Under the pieces are notes generated by a model. It was not told the origin of the DNA, ran no database searches, and was given only the letters and a program-made list of their open reading frames with translations. The translations under genes were made by a program, and so were the position numbers. From sequence record SRR22947727_410: DNA of 37,291 nucleotides; one strand, given 5' to 3'. Of the stretch, positions 29,645 to 37,291 are shown piece after piece; positions within the stretch are counted from its first letter, which is position 1, and each line of letters starts with the position of its first letter.

Positions 29645-30392
29645 AAAAAGAATTATTCCCTGCCTTGATGTTAAAGATGGAAGGGTTGTAAAAGGAATTA
29701 ATTTTTTAGACTTAGTCGATGCTGGGGACCCCGTTCAACAAGCTAAGTTTTATTCTGAAAACGGTGCAGATGAAATATGCTTCTTAGATATTAGTGCGTC
29801 ACTAGAGAACAGAGACACAATTCTTAAAATGGTTGAAAAAACAGCAGAAGAGGTTTTTATACCTTTGACCGTTGGAGGCGGCGTAAGATCAATTGAAAAT
29901 ATTCAAAACTTGTTAAAGGCAGGAGCTGATAAGGTTTCTATAAATTCTGCCGCAATTAATGATCCAAATATTATAAAAAGATCATCTAAATATTTTGGAA
30001 GTCAGTGCATCGTGGTAGCTGTTGATGTTAAAAAAGATAGTGACTCATGGAAAGTTCACTCGCATGGAGGAACAAAAAATACAAATATAGATGCTTTAGA
30101 TTGGTTAAAAAAAGTTCAAGATTTGGGTGCGGGAGAAATATTATTAACTTCAATGGATAAAGACGGAACTAAGTCAGGTTTTGATCTTGATATTTTATCT
30201 CGTGCAAACGACCTGTTGAGTATACCAGTTATAGCAAGTGGAGGAGTGGGGTCTATTGAACATTTCTATGAAGGAGTTAAAATTGGTAAAGCTGATGCTT
30301 TACTTGCAGCATCCGTCTTTCATTTCAACGAATTTAGTATAATGGATGTAAAAAATTACTTAAAAGAAAAAAACATAGAAGTTAGAATTTAG
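29637..30392 (+). CDS. hisF: Imidazole glycerol phosphate synthase, cyclase subunit
   Basis: [39 protein letters not shown]. Confidence 0.99.
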   Translation: MLKKRIIPCLDVKDGRVVKGINFLDLVDAGDPVQQAKFYSENGADEICFLDISASLENRDTILKMVEKTAEEVFIPLTVGGGVRSIENIQNLLKAGADKVSINSAAINDPNIIKRSSKYFGSQCIVVAVDVKKDSDSWKVHSHGGTKNTNIDALDWLKKVQDLGAGEILLTSMDKDGTKSGFDLDILSRANDLLSIPVIASGGVGSIEHFYEGVKIGKADALLAASVFHFNEFSIMDVKNYLKEKNIEVRI

Positions 30393-30686
30393 ATGAATGA
30401 CCCATTTTTAGATTTATTTTCAATAATTGAAGATAGAAAAAAATCAAAATCAAAAAAATCTTATACCTTAAGCTTGTTCAAAGAGGGAGAAAAAAAAATT
30501 GCACAAAAATTTGGTGAAGAAAGCGCAGAGCTTATTATAGATTATTTAAAAGGAACAAAAAAAAGAACCATTGAAGAGGCAACGGACCTGATTTATCATT
30601 TATTTGTTTTATTGAGTTCAAAAAAAATAAACTACCAGGATATTCAAAAAGAGTTAATAAAAAGACACAATGTACGACGAAAATAA
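30393..30686 (+). CDS. hisE: Phosphoribosyl-ATP diphosphatase
   Basis: SYT, KFGEES, EATDLIYH. Confidence 0.93.
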   Translation: MNDPFLDLFSIIEDRKKSKSKKSYTLSLFKEGEKKIAQKFGEESAELIIDYLKGTKKRTIEEATDLIYHLFVLLSSKKINYQDIQKELIKRHNVRRK

Positions 30687-31020
30687 TATATTTGCTAAAA
30701 TTATTAGAGGAGAAATACCTTGTGATAAGGTTTATGAAGATGATGATACCCTGTTCTTTAAAGATATAAACCCAATTGCAAAAGTTCATGTTTTGGGAAT
30801 ACCAAAAAGTCAATGCGTAGACTTTTCAGATTTTATTTCAAAAAATACACCAACAACAATCTCTGAATTTTTTAAAAAAACAAACCTGGTTATTGAAAAG
30901 CTTGGTATTATAAATGATGGTTATAAGGTTATTTCAAACTCCGGTATAAATGGTGGCCAGGAAGTCCCTCATTTCCATATTCACATTTTAGGTGGTCAAA
31001 AAATTAGTTTGTCTATTTAA
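30670..31020 (+). CDS. hinT: HIT (histidine triad) nucleotide-binding protein
   Basis: NIFAKIIRGEIP, GQEVPHFHIHILGG. Confidence 0.93.
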   Translation: MYDENNIFAKIIRGEIPCDKVYEDDDTLFFKDINPIAKVHVLGIPKSQCVDFSDFISKNTPTTISEFFKKTNLVIEKLGIINDGYKVISNSGINGGQEVPHFHIHILGGQKISLSI

Positions 31021-31023
31021 TAT

Positions 31024-31605
31024 TTATTCTTTTACTATTACGTAATTTATTATTTCAGTTACACCCTTAACAGTTTTTGCAACATCAATTATGGCTTCTA
31101 ATTGCTCTGGTCTAGAGGTTATACCAACAACATAAACCTTGCCTTGAATTGTTTCAAAATTATATGCTACCGACCTCAAACCAACCGTTTTTGCTGCAAG
31201 ACCTCTTACTTGCGCTGTAATCCATACATCTTGAGCATATTCTTTTAGTGAAGTTCTGTTTCCAATTTGGATTTCATTAATAACTTCATTTACACCTTCA
31301 ACTTCCCAAACCCTTCTTACAGCATCAATTCTAATTTCTTGATTGTCAACAAGGCCTGTGAGTAAAATCCTTCCCTCTAAAACACTAGTGCTAACATCAA
31401 TAAACAGGTTGTCATCTGAATTTATAAATTTCGCAGCAATATTAATTTTGATTGTTGCATCATCAACAACAGATCCGAAACTTCTATCACCTTCTGCAAC
31501 AACCATTCCTGTTGCTCCTCCAGAAGCTAAAATACCTGCCGGAGAACAACTAAGTATATTTAGTGAACAAATTAACGTGAGAGTAATTAGGATATTATTT
31601 TTCAT
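31024..31605 (-). CDS. Dual-BON domain lipoprotein (DolP/YraP-like)
   Basis: Lipobox ILSC, DRSFGSVVDD, GRILLTG, GVNEVINEI, second BON repeat. Confidence 0.85.
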   Translation of the reverse strand: MKNNILITLTLICSLNILSCSPAGILASGGATGMVVAEGDRSFGSVVDDATIKINIAAKFINSDDNLFIDVSTSVLEGRILLTGLVDNQEIRIDAVRRVWEVEGVNEVINEIQIGNRTSLKEYAQDVWITAQVRGLAAKTVGLRSVAYNFETIQGKVYVVGITSRPEQLEAIIDVAKTVKGVTEIINYVIVKE

Positions 31606-32440
31606 TTTGTATATCTAAGGCTTTTTTATAAATTTCTTTTTTTCCTATATTTCCAATTCTATGCACTATTTCCACGGTGTCAGTCAAAGAAAATTTTCCT
31701 AATAATTTATTTATAATCTCAATTATGTCAGGAGTTAGTCCAGATAATGAATTTTTTTTATTAGTGTTCCTTTCTTCAACAACTATTACAAACTCCCCAA
31801 GAGAGTTTTTAGAGCTCTGCTTAAATGTATTATAAACTTCAACAGATGGGCCAATAAAAACTCTTTCATTAATTTTTGTTAATTCCTTACAAACAGCAAT
31901 TTTCCGATTTGGTAGTGTTGTTGCTAGCATCTCTAAAAACAATAATATTTTATGAGTAGAGATAAAAAAAACAGATGTACAAATTGAGTGTTTTAAAAGC
32001 TCGATAAAATCGCCAATGCCTTTTTTTGTTTTAGGAACGAACCCAAGAAACTTAAATTCATTTATAGGAATTGAGGAAAGCTGAAGGGCGCTAGTAATTG
32101 ATGAGGCTCCAGGTATTATGGTTACATATATGTTATTTAAAACACAATGCCTAACAAGTTTATATCCTGGATCTGATATAAGAGGAGAGCCAGCATCAGA
32201 AATAAGGGATAATCTTTTATTATCCAAATGGTCTTTAATTTTTTCTATAATATTTTCTTCATTATAATCATGTAAGGAAATTAACTTCTTTTTAATGTCT
32301 AGTTTTGATAGTAGTTTAAGAGAATGTTTTGGATTCTCACATATAATTATATCAGATTCACCAAGTGTTTTTATTGCTCTCGAACTTATGTCTCCAAGGT
32401 TTCCAATTGGTGTTGAAACTATGTACAAACCATTTTTCAT
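31595..32440 (-). CDS. rsmI: 16S rRNA C1402 2'-O-methyltransferase
   Basis: LYIVSTPIGNLGDIS, SDAGSPLISDPG, KELTKINE, GEFVIV; start moved to ATG 32440. Confidence 0.95.
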   Translation of the reverse strand: MKNGLYIVSTPIGNLGDISSRAIKTLGESDIIICENPKHSLKLLSKLDIKKKLISLHDYNEENIIEKIKDHLDNKRLSLISDAGSPLISDPGYKLVRHCVLNNIYVTIIPGASSITSALQLSSIPINEFKFLGFVPKTKKGIGDFIELLKHSICTSVFFISTHKILLFLEMLATTLPNRKIAVCKELTKINERVFIGPSVEVYNTFKQSSKNSLGEFVIVVEERNTNKKNSLSGLTPDIIEIINKLLGKFSLTDTVEIVHRIGNIGKKEIYKKALDIQNEK

Positions 32441-33731
32441 AAACACATCCCTAACCTTTTTTATATTGTTAGCTTCTTGTGCTCCAGTAAATAATATTAC
32501 AAAAGGTAAAAACGACAAAACAGACATTGTTCCCTCAACTGAAATATTCCATGAGTCAAACATAGAGGAAGAAAGTGCAAAGTTAGAAGAAAAAAATTTA
32601 GAAAAAAAACCATCATTTATAATTCCCGATGAAAGTCTTCAAAATAACATTACTATTATATTTTCTAAAAAGGATAGGCTTGAAATTGTAAATCAATTTA
32701 TTAATATAATTGAGCTAGCAGTGTATAAAAAAAAAATACAAAATATCTCTTTCTCAATAAAAATTTATGAAAACAAAATCGAATTAAATGAATTTTTAAA
32801 AAACCAAAATTTGGCTGGAAAAATTTTCATTGGCCCACTAAACTCATCAGATAGTGAGCTCATTCAACGGTTTTGCTCTGAAGGAGCTATTTTCTTTTCA
32901 TTTTCCTCAACTACAACTTTAGCAAAAAATTGTGTATTTCTAATTAATTTTTTTCCAGAAAACGAATTGAAAACTGTTTTTAATTTTTTTCCAAATAATT
33001 CTAAAGTTGCTCTACTCTACCCTGAAAATGAATATGGTTTTGGAATAAATTCAATTATCGACAATGTTGCAGATCAAAGCAACTCAATAATTGTTAATAG
33101 AGCATCTTACAATAAAGACCTTACTAATGCACCGGAGGCCATAAAAGAGCTTGGAAAATATGAGCTCCGAAAATATGAACTAAATAGACAAAAACAAATA
33201 TTGGCAAACAAAAAAGACAAAGAGTCAAAAAAAAGATTAATAAAACTTGAAAAATTTCAAACAACAAAAGATTTCGATTTTACTCATATAATAATTGCTG
33301 ATTATGGATTGAGGTTGCTTCAAGTGGCCCCCCTTTTACCATATTATGATATAGATCCAAATATCGTTAGGTTTGTTGGGACAGGAGCTTGGGACGATGA
33401 GGTTTTTTATGATGAGCCGAGTTTAAGTGGGTCAATCTACCCAGGTATTGAATTAAGTAAAAGACAACAACTTAATGATGATTATCAAAATTTATATGAA
33501 GAAAGGCTGTTAAGAATATCAACCTTACCCTATGATCTTGTGGGATTATTAAATTACTTAATTGTTAATGATTACACAACTTCAAATTTATACGAAACAC
33601 TTAAAAAAAATAACACAAGATTTTCAGGAGTGGATGGTAATTTTTATTTTTTAAATAATAGAATAGAGAGAGATCTTCAAGTTTTGCAAATTAAAAATGG
33701 AAAAGCAACCGTTGTATTAAAACAAGAATGA
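32421..33731 (+). CDS. Penicillin-binding protein activator LpoA-like lipoprotein
   Basis: MYKPFFINTSLTFFILLASC lipoprotein signal; FIGPL, ALLYPENEYG, GTGAWD, FSGVDGNFYF; divergent from rsmI. Confidence 0.75.
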   Translation: MYKPFFINTSLTFFILLASCAPVNNITKGKNDKTDIVPSTEIFHESNIEEESAKLEEKNLEKKPSFIIPDESLQNNITIIFSKKDRLEIVNQFINIIELAVYKKKIQNISFSIKIYENKIELNEFLKNQNLAGKIFIGPLNSSDSELIQRFCSEGAIFFSFSSTTTLAKNCVFLINFFPENELKTVFNFFPNNSKVALLYPENEYGFGINSIIDNVADQSNSIIVNRASYNKDLTNAPEAIKELGKYELRKYELNRQKQILANKKDKESKKRLIKLEKFQTTKDFDFTHIIIADYGLRLLQVAPLLPYYDIDPNIVRFVGTGAWDDEVFYDEPSLSGSIYPGIELSKRQQLNDDYQNLYEERLLRISTLPYDLVGLLNYLIVNDYTTSNLYETLKKNNTRFSGVDGNFYFLNNRIERDLQVLQIKNGKATVVLKQE

Positions 33732-34295
33732 TTTTAATTTACTTATTGCAATTTTTCTGTGACTAATAATATTCTTTTCTTCAAGTTTCATTTCGGCAAA
33801 TGTTTTTACATTATTTTCTGGAATAAAAATTGGGTCATAACCAAATCCATTAGTGCCCTTTGGTTCTAAAGACACAGTTCCTTTAATCTTTCCTAAAAAT
33901 ATTATGTGATGATTTTCTTTTAGGGTTAAGGATATGGCTGTAACAAAAAAAGCTTTGTTATTTTTGTTCTTAATCACATTTGAAATAATATATTCAAAAG
34001 CTTTTTTATTATTAGAAAATTTTTCTAAAAATCTTCTCGATTTCACTCCTGGATTGTCTTTTAAAGCTTCAACACAAAAGCCTGAGTCATCAGCAAAACA
34101 AGGCATATTGAATAATTCTTGACCATATTTAGATTTAATTTTGGCGTTTGATGCAAATGTTGACCCAGTTTCTTTAGGTTCTTTAATTTTTTCAAACGAA
34201 TTTAAGTCGTAAATTTTAGTTTTGTTGTTTTTAAAGATTTGTTTTACTTCAATTATTTTTTTTTGGTTATGTGAAAAAAATAAAATGTCTTTCAA
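33717..34295 (-). CDS. rdgB: dITP/XTP pyrophosphatase
   Basis: ADDSG, PGVKS, GFGYDPIF, SHR; TTG start. Confidence 0.96.
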   Translation of the reverse strand: MKDILFFSHNQKKIIEVKQIFKNNKTKIYDLNSFEKIKEPKETGSTFASNAKIKSKYGQELFNMPCFADDSGFCVEALKDNPGVKSRRFLEKFSNNKKAFEYIISNVIKNKNNKAFFVTAISLTLKENHHIIFLGKIKGTVSLEPKGTNGFGYDPIFIPENNVKTFAEMKLEEKNIISHRKIAISKLKSFLF

Positions 34296-34298
34296 TTT

Positions 34299-35009
34299 TT
34301 ATTCCAAGGCATTTTTTTGTTTAGATATAATTTGATTAATACCAATTTGTGCTAGCTTGTATAATTCTTGATACTGATCTGAGCTGAAAAAAAACTCCTC
34401 ACCTGTAACCTGTATTTCTGATAATTTTTCATTATCACAAATAACAAAATTTGCATCAACCTGAGCTGCAGAATCTTCTACATAATCTAAATCTAAACAC
34501 GGTTTATTATCAACAATACCTACAGATATAGCGGCAACATAATTTTTTATGATTCTTTGTTGAATATTGTAATTTTTTTTCAATTTTTCAATTGCTTGAT
34601 AAAGCGCGACAAACCCCCCGCTTATGGATGCTGTTCTTGTCCCACCATCTGCTTGAATTACATCACAATCAATTTTGATTTGACGTTCACCAAGTTCTTG
34701 TAAGTTTGTAACAGATCGAAGACTTCTCCCAATCAATCTCTGAATCTCCTGGGTTCTTCCGCTTTGCTTTCCTCTTGCTGCCTCTCTATCAATACGCGTG
34801 TTTGTAGATCTTGGCAACATTCCATACTCCGCTGTAACCCAACCTTTTCCTGAGTTGCGAAGCCATGGAGGTGTTTTTTCATCTATTGATGCAGTACACA
34901 TAACATGGGTATTCCCAAACTTGACAAGGCAAGATCCTTCTGCATGAAGGTTAACATTTGTTTCAAATGTAACGTCTCTCAGCTGATCAAAATTTCTATC
35001 TTTTCTCAT
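34299..35009 (-). CDS. rph: Ribonuclease PH
   Basis: GWVTAEYGMLP, RTQEIQRLIGRSLR, DCDVIQADGGTRTASI. Confidence 0.99.
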   Translation of the reverse strand: MRKDRNFDQLRDVTFETNVNLHAEGSCLVKFGNTHVMCTASIDEKTPPWLRNSGKGWVTAEYGMLPRSTNTRIDREAARGKQSGRTQEIQRLIGRSLRSVTNLQELGERQIKIDCDVIQADGGTRTASISGGFVALYQAIEKLKKNYNIQQRIIKNYVAAISVGIVDNKPCLDLDYVEDSAAQVDANFVICDNEKLSEIQVTGEEFFFSSDQYQELYKLAQIGINQIISKQKNALE

Positions 35010-35024
35010 TTAATATATCTAATA

Positions 35025-35053
35025 ATTGAATTTTATTATTAATACACCAATAT
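35025..35053 (+). promoter_or_regulatory. Putative RpoH promoter of hrcA-grpE
   Basis: ATTGAA-N16-CCAATAT ending 7 nt before the hrcA ATG. Confidence 0.5.
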
Positions 35054-35060
35054 ATTACAT

Positions 35061-36107
35061 ATGAAAAATAATTTGTATCTAGAGCTAACAGATCGCACTA
35101 AGCAAATTTTTAAAACAGTTGTTGAAAGTTATTTAGAAACAGGCTCTCCTTCAGGTTCAGAGACGGTTTTGAAAAGAGCCGGTTTAGACATTTCCTCCGC
35201 TTCTGTTCGAAACATATTATCAAACCTTCAAAAAGAAGGGTTGTTATTTTCTCCTCATACCTCTGCAGGAAGAGTTCCAACAGATAAAGGAATGAGATTT
35301 TTTGTAGATGGGTTGTTAGAGTTTGGTAGAATTTCTAAAGAAGACAAAGAAAATATTAAGCAACTTAGTTCGTCAAAAAGTAAATCATATCAAGAAGTTT
35401 TAGATGAGGCATCAAGAGCAATTTCTGGACTATCTAACTATGCCGGTATTGTTATAGCTCCAAAATATCAAAAAAACCTAAAACACCTTGAGTTTATAAG
35501 ACTTAATCAATCGCAGATAATGTCAATTTTAGCTTATGAAAACGGAGAAATAGAAAACAGGATAATAGATGATGCTGGCAAATATACTAACTCAGAACTT
35601 CAACAAACCTCAAACTATTTAAGTGAAAAATTCAAAAACAAGAACATAAATCAGATAAAAAAAATAATTCAAGACGATGTATTAAGCTCACGATCAAACC
35701 TGGAAGATATTTCTAGTAAACTTATAAAAAAGGGTATTGTAGAAATAGATCCTAAATTTAATAATCCATATATTTTTTTACATGGACAATCTAAACTCTT
35801 GGAAGATGAAATAATTTCTAATGATCTTGATCAAATAAGAGAGCTCTTTGATGAAATAGAAAAAAAAACCACTTTTATAGATATACTCGAAAATGCAGGT
35901 AACGCAAAAGGTGTACAAATTTTTATTGGTTCACAAAATTTTTTATTTAAACACTCTGGCCTTTCTATGGTAATGGCCCCATATAAAAATAAGGAGCAAG
36001 AAATTATTGGCGCAATTGGAGTTGTTGGCCCAACAAGGCTAAATTATTCAAAAATTGTTCCTCTAGTTGATTATACGTCAAAAATAATTGGAAAGGTTGT
36101 TAAGTAA
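35061..36107 (+). CDS. hrcA: Heat-inducible transcription repressor
   Basis: SSASVRN, PHTSAGRVPT, GVQIFIG, GVVGPTRLNY. Confidence 0.97.
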   Translation: MKNNLYLELTDRTKQIFKTVVESYLETGSPSGSETVLKRAGLDISSASVRNILSNLQKEGLLFSPHTSAGRVPTDKGMRFFVDGLLEFGRISKEDKENIKQLSSSKSKSYQEVLDEASRAISGLSNYAGIVIAPKYQKNLKHLEFIRLNQSQIMSILAYENGEIENRIIDDAGKYTNSELQQTSNYLSEKFKNKNINQIKKIIQDDVLSSRSNLEDISSKLIKKGIVEIDPKFNNPYIFLHGQSKLLEDEIISNDLDQIRELFDEIEKKTTFIDILENAGNAKGVQIFIGSQNFLFKHSGLSMVMAPYKNKEQEIIGAIGVVGPTRLNYSKIVPLVDYTSKIIGKVVK

Positions 36108-36811
36108 TGGAAAAAGACAAAGAAAAAATCGAAGAAGAAATTAATGAAAATCATGAATCACAAGACGTAGACGGCTCCAAAGAAGATAACATAGATGAAA
36201 TTAATTCAGAAAATAATGATGAAAATGTAGAATCTGAAGATGAAGAAACAGAAGAAACAGAAGAAACAGAAGTGGATATTCTCAAGGAAGAGATAAAAAA
36301 TTTAAAAGAAGAAAAAATTAGGGTCTTGGCTGAAATGGAAAATCTTCGTAAAAGATTTGAGCGAGAAAAGGTTGATTCAATTAAATATGGCAGTATCAAT
36401 TTTGCAAGAGGTGTTTTGTCCCCAGTGGATAATTTAGAAAGAGCTTTGTCAGCAATCAACGAAGAGGAGGAACACTCTCAATCAATTAAAAATTTAATTG
36501 AAGGGCTTTTGATGGTTAAAAAAGAGCTAACAACTGCTTTAGAAAAAAACAGTATTACAAAAATTGATTCACTTAATAAAAAATTTGATCCAAATCTTCA
36601 TCAGGCGATGATGGAAATTGAAAATAATGACGTTGAAGAAGGAACAGTAGTTCAGGAAGTCCAATCTGGCTATACAATGCATGACCGATTACTCAGAGCT
36701 GCCATGGTTGGTGTTTCCAAAAACACTGCTACTAAAACTGAAGATACTAAAGAAGAAAAAGATGAAGATACCGAGGAGAATGAAAGCAAAGAAAATTCAA
36801 AAAACGAATAA
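36107..36811 (+). CDS. grpE: Nucleotide exchange factor GrpE
   Basis: AEMENLRKR, DNLERAL, FDPNLHQA, GYTMHDRLLRAAMVGV. Confidence 0.98.
   Translation: MEKDKEKIEEEINENHESQDVDGSKEDNIDEINSENNDENVESEDEETEETEETEVDILKEEIKNLKEEKIRVLAEMENLRKRFEREKVDSIKYGSINFARGVLSPVDNLERALSAINEEEEHSQSIKNLIEGLLMVKKELTTALEKNSITKIDSLNKKFDPNLHQAMMEIENNDVEEGTVVQEVQSGYTMHDRLLRAAMVGVSKNTATKTEDTKEEKDEDTEENESKENSKNE
36242..36271 (+). repeat. In-frame 9-bp tandem repeat (GAAGAAACA)x3 in the acidic N-terminus of GrpE
   Basis: gaagaaaca gaagaaaca gaagaaaca gaa encoding EETEETEETE. Confidence 0.8.
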
Positions 36812-36836
36812 TATTTTCTATTAAAAAATTATAACT

Positions 36837-37019
36837 ATGAGTCGTTTTATAGAAATTGTAGTAGGTTTATTGTTGATGCTCTCTTGTATCATAGATATTT
36901 TAGGAGACTTAGGTTTTCATGAATTTCCAACTACTATTCACTACGCATTATTATTATTTGCTTTAGCCAACCTTTTTGACTATTTTAAATCATATTTTTA
37001 TAAGAAAGATAAAAATTAA
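36837..37019 (+). CDS. Small hypothetical membrane protein (two predicted TM segments)
   Basis: 60 aa, two hydrophobic stretches and basic tail, ATG start 25 nt after grpE on same strand. Confidence 0.6.
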   Translation: MSRFIEIVVGLLLMLSCIIDILGDLGFHEFPTTIHYALLLFALANLFDYFKSYFYKKDKN

Positions 37020-37034
37020 AAACCGTTAGAGGTT

Positions 37035-37133
37035 TTAATCATCTTTAGTAGTAGAATCACTATCACTTTCATTATCTTGAGATGAGCTTGTAGCTTGGAG
37101 AAAGTAAAAACATACAAAAAATCCATAAATCAT
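37035..37133 (-). CDS. Possible 32-aa small protein or gene remnant
   Basis: Hand translation MIYGFFVCFYFLQATSSSQDNESDSDSTTKDD*; below ORF-track cutoff; no SD seen. Confidence 0.3.
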   Translation of the reverse strand: MIYGFFVCFYFLQATSSSQDNESDSDSTTKDD

Positions 37134-37163
37134 AAGGTTTTTTCAATATAAACCCTTAACATC

Positions 37164-37191
37164 CTTGTATTTTGAAACTTTTTTCCCATAT
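37164..37191 (+). promoter_or_regulatory. Putative RpoH promoter of dnaK
   Basis: CTTGTA-N15-CCCATAT about 52 nt upstream of dnaK ATG. Confidence 0.7.
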
Positions 37192-37243
37192 CTAAGATAC
37201 CCAATATTAATTGGTAAATAATTAAGTAAATAGGATTAAAAAT

Positions 37244-37291
37244 ATGGCAAAAGTTATTGGAATAGATCTCGGTACCACAAATTCTTGTGTT
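37244..37291 (+). CDS. dnaK: Chaperone DnaK (5' end only)
   Basis: MAKVIGIDLGTTNSCV; AGGA SD upstream. Confidence 0.97.
   Translation, partial: MAKVIGIDLGTTNSCV

Noticed and set aside
32295-32563. Long 269-bp dual-coding overlap implied by ORF-track starts of rsmI and lpoA
   Set aside because: Homology and lipoprotein signal point to starts at 32440 and 32421; the real overlap is about 20 bp
36242-36271. GrpE tandem repeat as a contingency locus or CRISPR-like repeat
   Set aside because: Three in-frame 9-mers in a disordered acidic tail, no spacers
1149-36459. Many short ORF-track calls antisense or out of frame to real genes (e.g. 12279-12605, 13801-14307, 15160-15594, 25921-26403, 36151-36459)
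   Set aside because: Shadow ORFs inside well-supported genes, no motifs, composition expected from the antisense of Lys/Glu-rich coding DNA
35010-37243. CIRCE element near hrcA/grpE/dnaK
   Set aside because: No TTAGCACTC-N9-GAGTGCTAA or close variant found
1-37291. tRNA, rRNA, CRISPR array, IS elements, known defence systems
   Set aside because: No GC-rich structured intergenic segment, spaced repeats or matching protein motifs seen by eye; a tRNAscan/Rfam run would be needed to exclude small RNAs fully

Overview
Very AT-rich, extremely gene-dense chromosomal segment of a streamlined alphaproteobacterium (Pelagibacterales/HIMB59-like marine type is my inference from composition and gene order, not a database result). 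It spans the probable replication origin (17182-17590, between rho and maf). Left arm: ubiH(partial)-ftsK-lolA, yggS, major porin, DUF3576-leuS-lptE-holA, and rho-mnmE-mnmG-rsmG-parA-parB with two parS sites. Right arm: maf-aroE-coaE-dnaQ, tim44-lysozyme-smr, a lipid A-modification-like trio, hslVU, his operon, dolP/rsmI/lpoA, rph-rdgB, hrcA-grpE and the start of dnaK. No rRNA, tRNA, CRISPR array, integrase or transposase was seen. Most unusual: (1) a T4-lysozyme-type muramidase with intact E-x8-D-x5-T triad sits in the slot usually held by mltA between tim44 and smr; (2) interlocking palindromes in the porin leader; (3) a tandem two-domain PAP2 phosphatase beside an ArnT-like transferase; (4) hemE/hemH/hemJ and hemW are absent from their usual positions; (5) one parS overlaps the mnmG start codon and the mnmE stop.
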